Positions 56,553 through 64,000 of a stretch of 64,000 nt of DNA are shown here, piece by piece. Location: contig CAZUBM010000004.1 in the NCBI GenBank assembly GCA_964618805.1, forward strand, positions 49,936 through 113,935, read 5' to 3'. The DNA is from an uncultured Nitrososphaerota archaeon (GTDB lineage: Archaea; Korarchaeota; Korarchaeia; Korarchaeales; Korarchaeaceae). Numbering within the stretch: position 1 is the stretch's first letter; each line of letters begins with the position of its first letter. The notes beneath the pieces were generated by a model, which saw only the letters and a list, made by a program, of their open reading frames with translations, was not told the origin of the DNA and did not search any database. The position numbers and the translations under genes are program-made.

Positions 56553-57827
56553 ATGAAGACCTCTAGAATTCCGGGATTTTACAAACTTCCGCTCGAAGAA
56601 AGAGTTAGGATTGTGAAGGAATTTGCTGATTTAACAGATGAAGAGACTGAGCTCCTCCTCAAAACAGGTAACTTAGAGTTAGATGTTGCGGATCGCATGA
56701 TAGAGAACGTAATAGGTACATGGCCCCTTCCATTAGGGATAGCGGTAAACTTCAAGATAAACGGAAGGGACTACCTGATACCCATGGCAATAGAGGAGCC
56801 GTCTGTGGTTGCTGCTGCAAGCAACGCGGCTAAAATGGCCCTTCCAGGGGGAGGTTTCTTTGCAGAGACTACAGAACCAATCATGATTGGTCAGGTTCAG
56901 CTCGTAGGTGTCAAGGATCCGGAGGAGGCAAAGAGAATCATACTTGAGAATAAGGATCAAATTCTAGAGATAGCAAATGAACAGGATCCAATCTTAGTGA
57001 AACTTGGTGGTGGGGCGAAGGATCTAGAAGTTAGAATTTTGGATACGGAAGTAGGCCCTATGGTAATAACACATCTCCTAGTAGATGTCAGAGACGCAAT
57101 GGGAGCAAATGCCGTTAACACAATGGCAGAAGCGGTTGCTCCTACAATAGAGAGACTTACTGGAGGGAGGGTATACCTAAGGATCATATCTAACTTGGCT
57201 GACAGGAGAATAGCTAGGGCTAGAGCAGTATTTAAGAAGGAAGCTATTGGTGGAGAGGAAGTTGTTGATGGAATAATAGCTGCTTACGCTTTTGCTGCAA
57301 ACGATCCTTACAGAGCATGCACGCACAATAAAGGCATTATGAACGGCATCATCGCTTTAGCTAGGGCAACTGGCCAAGATACTAGAGCGCTCGAGGCCGG
57401 TGCACATGCCTATGCCGCACGTAACGGCAGATACACCTCATTAACTAGGTGGTGGAAGAACGAGAACGGGGACCTTGAGGGCTATCTGGAGATGCCAATT
57501 GCTGTTGGAACCGTAGGCGGCATAACTAGGGTTCATCCGATAGCAAAGCTTTGCCTAAAGATTCTTGGAGTAAAATCGGCAAGAGAACTTGCTCAGGTAA
57601 TGGTATCATTAGGTCTGGCCCAGAACTTCGCAGCTATCAGAGCACTAGCAACGGAAGGAATACAAGCAGGGCACATGAAACTTCACGCAAGAAACGTGGC
57701 TATGGCTGCTGGCGCTAAGCCAGAAGAGGTAGATCTGGTAGTTGAGAGGCTGATAAGAGAGAAAAAGATAAGATTAGATAGAGCAAAAGAGATTTTGGAG
57801 GAGATAAGGGGCTCATCTGGCTCATGA
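56553..57827 (+). CDS. mvaA: HMG-CoA reductase, class II
   Basis: IENVIG, EEPSVVAA, DAMGAN, RIISNL, THNKG, GHMKLH motifs. Confidence 0.92.
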   Translation: MKTSRIPGFYKLPLEERVRIVKEFADLTDEETELLLKTGNLELDVADRMIENVIGTWPLPLGIAVNFKINGRDYLIPMAIEEPSVVAAASNAAKMALPGGGFFAETTEPIMIGQVQLVGVKDPEEAKRIILENKDQILEIANEQDPILVKLGGGAKDLEVRILDTEVGPMVITHLLVDVRDAMGANAVNTMAEAVAPTIERLTGGRVYLRIISNLADRRIARARAVFKKEAIGGEEVVDGIIAAYAFAANDPYRACTHNKGIMNGIIALARATGQDTRALEAGAHAYAARNGRYTSLTRWWKNENGDLEGYLEMPIAVGTVGGITRVHPIAKLCLKILGVKSARELAQVMVSLGLAQNFAAIRALATEGIQAGHMKLHARNVAMAAGAKPEEVDLVVERLIREKKIRLDRAKEILEEIRGSSGS

Positions 57828-57886
57828 CAAGGAATTGTAGGGCATGAAGCTACTTTCTGGGTTGGTAAACTGTTTTTATGAGAACC

Positions 57887-59224
57887 TTATGGAACAGTAA
57901 CCTCTCTTGGCCAGGGAGTCCTCAGGTACTCTTCTACTATCCTGCAGGGAACTGAAAGGACAAAGGCCCAACCTCCTAGGTTTCTAGAAAATAACCCTTT
58001 CTTAGTGAGCTCTATCCTGTCAGAATAGATTTTGATGTGTCCTAATAGTCTTTGAATGAATAACGACTTACTAAAACCAGTCCTCTTAACGAAATCCCAG
58101 AACTCCTCCCCAAACTCGTTCTTAAAACCTTCAAATTTCAGCTCTAAAGCACTTAATCTCTCGGATATCCATCTTATCCCTCTCTCCTCTTTATCAACCT
58201 CTCTTATGCCAGCTACAGGCAGTCTGCCCCTAGACAGGCTTTTCACGTACTCCCTAACTGAACAAGTGTTAATGTACTCGCATTTACCTGGAAAACCCAT
58301 TGCTCCAGGGCCAAAGGCCAGTAAGGGGCCAGTCATTTCTTTCTCGACGGTGCTATATTCCCAGGGGATCTTGGAGAACGAATAATACCTGACTTGAGTG
58401 TAACCTGCCTCCTCAAGGGTGTTAATAGCTTCGTAGTACATCTTCTTGAATTCTCCCATGCTTGGTTGCTTCTGAACCCTCCCCTCCATCATCATCTTAT
58501 ACATGGGCCTGTAAGGAACTATTAGCAAGGGATAGGTGGTTATCTGGGCTGGTTCAAACTCCAATGCGATCCTAAGGTCCTCAACCCAGTCCTCGACCGT
58601 CTGACCTGGAAGCATGTACATCATGTCAATGTTTACGCTTCTAAATCCAGCTCCTTCAAGGTTCTCAATTGCATCTATCGAGTCCTCCACGCTGTGCCTC
58701 CTTCCTAGAAGTCTAATTTTTTCCCTAAAGAAGGATTGGACTCCCAAGCTCAATTCATTTACTCCTGCCTCCATCAAGGCATAGATCCTCTCTTCGGATA
58801 GATCCTCTGGATTGGCCTCTATCCCTATGCTAGCTCCTTCTAGACTGAAGCTCTCTCCAAGGGCCTCGATTATCTCCTTGTACTGTTTCGGGTCGAGGCA
58901 GCTTGGAGTGCCTCCTCCAACATGAACTTCGGTTATTTTAAGCTCCAAGTCCTGCAATAGATCTCTATAGGCACTTATTTCAAGCTTAAGGGACCTTAGA
59001 TATGATTTCACTAATAAATCATCCCAGAGGTACCTAACATAAGGACAAGCTGGGCAAAGTCCCCTGCAGAAAGGAAAATGGATGTAAATTCCCACCTCCT
59101 TTCCAACGAAGCCTTCCCTTAAGAGGTTTTTGATGATCTCTTGGCTTTGTCTCTTGAAAGTAGCCTTGAATGCTTTCCTGAATATTAGGCTTTTTATCCC
59201 AAAGGCGTCCTTAGTGAGAATCAT
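57887..59224 (-). CDS. HemN/HemW-like radical SAM protein
   Basis: YIHFPFCRGLCPAC, GGGTPS, IEANP, SLGVQSF, NIDMMY.LPGQ motifs. Confidence 0.85.
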   Translation of the reverse strand: MILTKDAFGIKSLIFRKAFKATFKRQSQEIIKNLLREGFVGKEVGIYIHFPFCRGLCPACPYVRYLWDDLLVKSYLRSLKLEISAYRDLLQDLELKITEVHVGGGTPSCLDPKQYKEIIEALGESFSLEGASIGIEANPEDLSEERIYALMEAGVNELSLGVQSFFREKIRLLGRRHSVEDSIDAIENLEGAGFRSVNIDMMYMLPGQTVEDWVEDLRIALEFEPAQITTYPLLIVPYRPMYKMMMEGRVQKQPSMGEFKKMYYEAINTLEEAGYTQVRYYSFSKIPWEYSTVEKEMTGPLLAFGPGAMGFPGKCEYINTCSVREYVKSLSRGRLPVAGIREVDKEERGIRWISERLSALELKFEGFKNEFGEEFWDFVKRTGFSKSLFIQRLLGHIKIYSDRIELTKKGLFSRNLGGWAFVLSVPCRIVEEYLRTPWPREVTVP

Positions 59225-59340
59225 GTAACACCTTTCTTTAAAAAAGTAACACTCAATAAAAATCTTTAGGATATAGCTAGTTTTTGAAAGGCGGCGAAGG
59301 AAGATGGACTACCTCACAGCAGTTAAAGGCAGCTTTTCTC

Positions 59341-59847
59341 TCAGTCTTTTTGGTATCCAGTTTTTCTTAAAGATCTGAGCCTCTTAATAGACGAACTTAA
59401 AGTTGGTATTGCCAGAAGGCCGAGAACAAGGCCTTCATTGAGATCTTCCAAGGGCGTCCATCCGGAAAAGTCCTCGATCCTTAATGCATAGGTTTCTACT
59501 CCGTTTGCAAATAATATCAGGACTTGAAGCACAAGTAGAATTAACGCTAAAATCGATCCCACCAGGAAAAAGCTCTCTCCACCCTTTAACTTCCCTTTCA
59601 AGCTGCCAAGTCCTCCATATAAGAGGGAGAATCCGATCACAAGGAGACTCAGGCCCATGCCAGGGTCGAGCGTAATTGCAGGGACCCTGCCTTTCCCTAA
59701 ATCGAGACTTAATGAAGTCTGGACCAAGTCTGGAAGCGCACGTGCAGGCATGAACCATCTAACAATTCCACAAAGAAGATCCATCGATCCATAGAAAATG
59801 AATATAAGGCTTAACAGGATGCTATATAAGATCAAAGCTCTTTTCAA
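59341..59847 (-). CDS. Hypothetical four-TM membrane protein
   Basis: Four hydrophobic helices; overlaps the feoB stop. Confidence 0.6.
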   Translation of the reverse strand: MKRALILYSILLSLIFIFYGSMDLLCGIVRWFMPARALPDLVQTSLSLDLGKGRVPAITLDPGMGLSLLVIGFSLLYGGLGSLKGKLKGGESFFLVGSILALILLVLQVLILFANGVETYALRIEDFSGWTPLEDLNEGLVLGLLAIPTLSSSIKRLRSLRKTGYQKD

Positions 59848-61172
59848 CTCAACATCACCCCTCCAATAACCATAATCATTAGAGCAACCAGATATGCCAG
59901 AATTACCTCATAAATTGCGGAGAAAATTGCCCATTTCCAGCCAAGCTCTCCCTTTATAGCAGCCAATGTCGCAACACACGGCACATATATTAGTACAAAA
60001 GTCATGAAGGCGTAAGCTGACAAAGGAGTCATGGTTTGAGATATGACATGTTCAAGGGCCTCTTCCTCAACCCCATATATCATGCCTAGGGCACCTACGA
60101 CGATCTCCTTTGCTACAAAGCCGAAGACTATGGAAACAGCTATTCTCCAATCCCAACCGAATGGTTTGAACAAAGGCTCCATTATATGACCTAGTATTCC
60201 CAGATACGATTCTTCTACGCTTTTAACTCCTAGTGGCAGGTTGCTCAGTGCCCATATAGCAATGACTCCTGCCAATATAACAGTTCCAGCCTTCTTTACA
60301 AACATTATGCCCCTTTCCCACATGTGCATCAACAAAGTTCTGGTTTCGGGCATTGAGTACTCTGGTAATTCCATTATAAGAGGGGAGGGCCTTCCTTTCA
60401 AGAAGAATCTTCCTACAACAAAGCTTATCAGGAATGCTAGCACTATGCCCAGCATATAAAGCGAGAATATTATAGTAGGGCTATTATCTGGGAAGAAAAC
60501 TCCAGCAAAGAGCACATATACTGGAAGTCTTGCGCTGCATGATATTAGCGGATTAGTGATAGCGGTTAGGATCCTTTCATTTTCTCCAACTATTGTTCTG
60601 GTTGCCATAACTCCAGGTACGTTACATCCGAAGCCTATCAGATGAGGTATTATCGATCTGCCGCTTAGTCTAAATTTTCTCATCACTCTATCAAAGATGA
60701 ATGCGACTCTGGCCAAGTATCCAGAGTCCTCCAATGCTGAAAGGGCCAGAAAAAGGAAAAATATGTTTGGAACAAAAACTAAAATTGTTCCAAGGCCCCC
60801 AACAATCCCATCGGCAAGAAAAGAAGCTAGAAAACTGTTAGAGATATACTCTCCTATAATTTCGCCTATCCAGCTGAAAAACATGTCGATAGCGTCAACT
60901 ATTGGTGCAGCTACTGAGAAAGTGAACTGGAACATCATCCAAGCCAAGCTGATGAATACCGGTATTCCCAAGTACTTATTCAGAATAGCATCATCTATAA
61001 CATCAGTTAGCGTGAGTTCTACTTTCTCTCTAATGATTGATGTACTTACTATTTCCTCTATCACTCTATACCTTATATCTGGAAGAAGAACATCCGGCTC
61101 AAGGCCAAAACTCTCAATTAACCTATTCTTAGCTTCATCTAGGACCTTTCTTAATTCTTCCAAATTACCCAC
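59844..61172 (-). CDS. feoB: FeoB membrane (permease) part
   Basis: LEDSGYLAR, GFGCNVP, CSARLPVY, MELPEY, AKEIVV, YVPCVA motifs. Confidence 0.9.
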   Translation of the reverse strand: MGNLEELRKVLDEAKNRLIESFGLEPDVLLPDIRYRVIEEIVSTSIIREKVELTLTDVIDDAILNKYLGIPVFISLAWMMFQFTFSVAAPIVDAIDMFFSWIGEIIGEYISNSFLASFLADGIVGGLGTILVFVPNIFFLFLALSALEDSGYLARVAFIFDRVMRKFRLSGRSIIPHLIGFGCNVPGVMATRTIVGENERILTAITNPLISCSARLPVYVLFAGVFFPDNSPTIIFSLYMLGIVLAFLISFVVGRFFLKGRPSPLIMELPEYSMPETRTLLMHMWERGIMFVKKAGTVILAGVIAIWALSNLPLGVKSVEESYLGILGHIMEPLFKPFGWDWRIAVSIVFGFVAKEIVVGALGMIYGVEEEALEHVISQTMTPLSAYAFMTFVLIYVPCVATLAAIKGELGWKWAIFSAIYEVILAYLVALMIMVIGGVMLS

Positions 61173-61842
61173 CTCTAATGAGGCCTAGCTTCCTAAGTGC
61201 GTCTTCATCTCCTTCTAACAGCTTTATAGCAAGCCATCTTGTGTTATAGCTCTCTCTTATCATCGGATCCTTTTCTAACACATTTCTTATCCTCTCAATC
61301 TCTGCTTCTACTATTTCAGGGTAAGTTATGGATGAAGGAGGAGCCCCTCTCTCAACAACTTCGATTATCTTGTCGCAAAGTTCCTGTAAGCCGATTCTTC
61401 TGGTGGCTACTGTAGGAACAACCGGAACTCCCAGGTTTTTCTCTAACCTCTTCTCGTCTATCTCATATCCAAGCGATTCAGCTAGATCGCTCTTGTTAAG
61501 GGCAATTATGAGCCTTGCTCCTAATTCCATGAGCTGAATGGTGAGATAGAGGTTTCTCCTAAGGTTGGAGGCATCGACTATGTTAACCACTACATCAGGC
61601 TTCTCATTTAAGATGTAGTCGCGAGCTATGAGTTCTTCTGGTGAAAACGTTGTTAGACTGTATATTCCTGGAAGATCCATTATGTATAGCTCATATCCTC
61701 TATGGTAGCAAATTCCTTCCTTCTTTTCAATGGTCTTTCCTGGCCAATTACCTACGTGCTGCCTTCCCCCCGTTAAAAAGTTGAAGATAACAGACTTTCC
61801 AACATTTGGATTTCCAGCAAGGGCAACGCGTATCCTCTTCAT
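61165..61842 (-). CDS. feoB: FeoB N-terminal GTPase part
   Basis: GNPNVGKS, GNWPGKT, DLPG, NKSD motifs; ends TAA at 61165. Confidence 0.9.
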   Translation of the reverse strand: MKRIRVALAGNPNVGKSVIFNFLTGGRQHVGNWPGKTIEKKEGICYHRGYELYIMDLPGIYSLTTFSPEELIARDYILNEKPDVVVNIVDASNLRRNLYLTIQLMELGARLIIALNKSDLAESLGYEIDEKRLEKNLGVPVVPTVATRRIGLQELCDKIIEVVERGAPPSSITYPEIVEAEIERIRNVLEKDPMIRESYNTRWLAIKLLEGDEDALRKLGLIRGG

Positions 61843-62078
61843 CAGGACACCTCCACAAGCACCTTTGAAGCTATACCTCTGCTTAAAGCAAGTCTAGAGC
61901 CCTTTATCTCTATTAGAAGGGGGCCTCTCTCATTTCTGACAACTTTTACAGTAGATCCTGGCTCTAATCCCAATTCAACTAATCTCTTAGTAAGCCCCCT
62001 ACCAGCGACTATGCTCCTAACAACGCATCTGGATCCTGATGGAAGCATTGACATTGAGATGGGTACTTGCTCGTACAA
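61842..62078 (-). CDS. feoA: FeoA
   Basis: RLVELGL.PG...GP...IKGSRLAL pattern. Confidence 0.9.
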   Translation of the reverse strand: MYEQVPISMSMLPSGSRCVVRSIVAGRGLTKRLVELGLEPGSTVKVVRNERGPLLIEIKGSRLALSRGIASKVLVEVS

Positions 62079-62079
62079 G

Positions 62080-62331
62080 CTAGTCTACCACCTCCACGAA
62101 GACGTGATCAGCCTCATCTTTCCTCCTCAAAGAGAGCCTGTATCCCTTCACTTCAACTTCTATGGGATCCCCAAGTGGAGATTTGTCTGTTACCTTGACC
62201 TCTTCACCCCTAACTAGGCCCATTTCAATTAATCTTTTGATAATGGCTCCTTTTCCAGCTAGATTAACTATTATACCTCTATCTCCCACATTTAGCATGC
62301 TAAGCCTCCTAATTCCTTGCTCTTTATCCAT
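62080..62331 (-). CDS. feoA: FeoA
   Basis: RLIEMGL..G...PLGDPI..VKGYRLSLRR; start at 62331 preceded by GAGGTGA RBS. Confidence 0.9.
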   Translation of the reverse strand: MDKEQGIRRLSMLNVGDRGIIVNLAGKGAIIKRLIEMGLVRGEEVKVTDKSPLGDPIEVEVKGYRLSLRRKDEADHVFVEVVD

Positions 62332-62397
62332 AACGTCACCTCTAGAGCGCTTCACGCAGTAGCGAAAGATTGGACACCGGTAACATAATATCATAAA

Positions 62398-62438
62398 GTT
62401 AGGCAAGCCTAACATATAAAGTTTTAGGGGGACCTAAA
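62398..62438. promoter_or_regulatory. feo promoter: two DtxR/IdeR-type boxes flanking the TATA box
   Basis: GTTAGGC-AA-GCCTAAC (62398-62413) and TTTAGG-GGGA-CCTAAA (62423-62438), with minus-strand TTTATAT at 62414-62420. Confidence 0.75.
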
Positions 62439-62646
62439 TTTCACCAATATCAAATTGACGTTATTCCATAGTATTTGACTTATCACGCTTCAAGTAAGAA
62501 GCTAGAACTAAGTGAACACCTTGTTGAGGAAGTTAGGGAAAAGTACATAATGTAACACCTGATCTCAAGGCATTTTTACTATGATAAACTTATCAGACCT
62601 AACATCGTAACCAGAAGGTGCTTCGCAAACCCTTCCCTACAAACAA

Positions 62647-63270
62647 TTAGAAGAGTATTACGCCCGCACTTGCGATGTCTAAAGGAATCGGTTCCATCAC
62701 CATGTGAAGCATGTTCTCTGCGAACTCTTTGAGCACTTCCTCTGCATCCTCGGGCAGAGTTACTTCTGTCTCCTTTTCAGATTCAGGGGCGATAGTGTAG
62801 TATTGGAAGACTATGTCTCCCTTCCAGTCATAAACCGCAATTATGTGAGCCTTTTCCCAATCGATTTCAAGCTCTATCTCACCGGGATACTTTTTAGAAG
62901 ACTTCCTTTTTTGACCTTTATACAAAAAGAGATAAAAGAATGACCCGTGACCGCCAGGGAGGACTTTTAACGAAGGATGTCCAAAGGTATGGACCAGCTT
63001 TACGAAGAGCCTAGGTATCAAGGCCGACCACTCATAGGTTAGGTAAGGTCCCTCGTACAGGTCCTTCTTCGCTTCTCTTAGGGATCTTAAGAAGTGCCTG
63101 TCTAGAACGAGGATGTTCCCGAGGAAGTTCCTCGTCCTCTCGCACAGCTGCTCTCCCCAGTCTTCAAGGTAACTTAGCAATATACCAGTTCCATAGCCAG
63201 GTAGCTCCTCTAATTCTCTTGCCCTTTCATCTTCCTTAAGGATCGATTCTACTAGCGCCAAAGGAACCAC
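62647..63270 (-). CDS. Hypothetical protein
   Basis: 207-aa ORF with GAGGAG RBS; no recognised motif. Confidence 0.6.
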   Translation of the reverse strand: MVPLALVESILKEDERARELEELPGYGTGILLSYLEDWGEQLCERTRNFLGNILVLDRHFLRSLREAKKDLYEGPYLTYEWSALIPRLFVKLVHTFGHPSLKVLPGGHGSFFYLFLYKGQKRKSSKKYPGEIELEIDWEKAHIIAVYDWKGDIVFQYYTIAPESEKETEVTLPEDAEEVLKEFAENMLHMVMEPIPLDIASAGVILF

Positions 63271-63341
63271 CTCCTCAATGAATTAAGGAGTATTATAAAG
63301 AATTTTTATCCATCTTCTCAAAGTATTTAAGAGAAAAGATC

Positions 63342-63581
63342 TCAAAAAGGGCCTTGGTGCAGAGCCCCCAGCTTTCTCACATAGACCGCTGGCCTGTCAG
63401 TTTCAAGGTCAATGATTGCCATTACCTCTATAGTAGTGACACCTCCAACTTTGTGGAGCCTTTCAACTGCTAGGGGAATGTGGCTTGAGATGGGGCTGAT
63501 GATGATTAGGGCCAAGGAGATCTCTATTAGTAGTAGGACGAGCTCTATGGTTATTCTAGAAATACCCTTGCCTTTAGACAT
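63342..63581 (-). CDS. Small hypothetical membrane protein
   Basis: One N-terminal TM helix, 79 aa. Confidence 0.35.
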   Translation of the reverse strand: MSKGKGISRITIELVLLLIEISLALIIISPISSHIPLAVERLHKVGGVTTIEVMAIIDLETDRPAVYVRKLGALHQGPF

Positions 63582-63805
63582 AACTTGTTGGCAAGAGATC
63601 TTAAATCATAAAAGTATTTTTTTAAATTTTTAATCTGATTGCATCCTGATGACGGGAGCCAGACGATTCGCTGCGCGTAGAATGTAGGATCCCCCAGCGA
63701 AGAAGAACCTCAGCTATTCACTAAGCTATTAGCTCTGGTGTCTAATGTCTAAGACGAGGCATGAAGGAAAGGATCCCTTTTTAAAATAGAAACAGTTCTT
63801 AGTTC

Positions 63806-64000
63806 TTGGCGATAGAACTGATTGCTCCGGAAAGAGGGCCTAAGAGAGGATTGCGCAGGAGAAGAGGAAGGCCTTGGAAGCCAAGATGGATCAGTGAAAT
63901 ACCCTCAATAAGACATTTCGCACCCTTCCTTCCTCCAGGAGCGACTATGGAGCCAAAGGAACCAATTTTGCTATCATACGACGAGTTTGAAGCCCTTAGA
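63806..64000 (+). CDS. DUF134 (UPF0251) family protein (partial; runs off the right window edge)
   Basis: Manual translation ...RRRRGRPWKPRWISEIP...F.P...EPILLSYDEFEALR; start TTG at 63806 or 63851. Confidence 0.75.
   Translation, partial: MAIELIAPERGPKRGLRRRRGRPWKPRWISEIPSIRHFAPFLPPGATMEPKEPILLSYDEFEALR

Noticed and set aside
59225-59252. GTAACAC repeat resembling the ABC-operon repeat
   Set aside because: The first copy overlaps the minus-strand GGTG RBS; probably coincidental.
63640-63760. GC-richer intergenic stretch with TGATGA as a riboswitch or sRNA
   Set aside because: Could not fit a fluoride riboswitch or C/D box architecture.
1-64000. CRISPR arrays, rRNA, transposases, integrase at tRNA-Lys
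   Set aside because: No regularly spaced repeats, rRNA-like tracts, transposase/integrase motifs or tRNA 3'-end duplication seen.

Overview
Gene-dense archaeal chromosome segment, probably a thermophilic TACK-type lineage. Evidence: intron-containing tRNA-Lys, a C/D-box sRNA, Sec61beta, DUF1512, archaeal GlyRS/LeuS/ATP-dependent ligase and porGDAB. Most of it is housekeeping, transport and redox genes; I saw no CRISPR array, rRNA or transposase. The most striking element is a ~12 kb metabolic island (44.2-56.4 kb). It holds carbamate kinase, GlcD/GlcF-like dehydrogenase, enolase, glycerate kinase, class III aminotransferase, a threonine-synthase-like enzyme and a YgeW-like transcarbamylase. 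Five of these keep their core catalytic residues but have altered substrate-binding motifs, and three of their promoters share a motif, suggesting an undescribed energy-yielding pathway for a carbamoyl/ureido compound. Other notable items: a SAMP/MoaD gene split exactly at an in-phase A_AAA_AAG -1 slippery site; an IscS lacking its PLP lysine next to an IscU-DUF59 fusion; a Qng1 (queuosine salvage)-like glycosylase with an Nth-type Fe-S motif; an RNase H with an HIII-type N-terminal domain; an orphan LysW-like peptide; a split FeoB; and DtxR-type boxes at feo and isc. All family calls come from visual motif recognition, not database searches.
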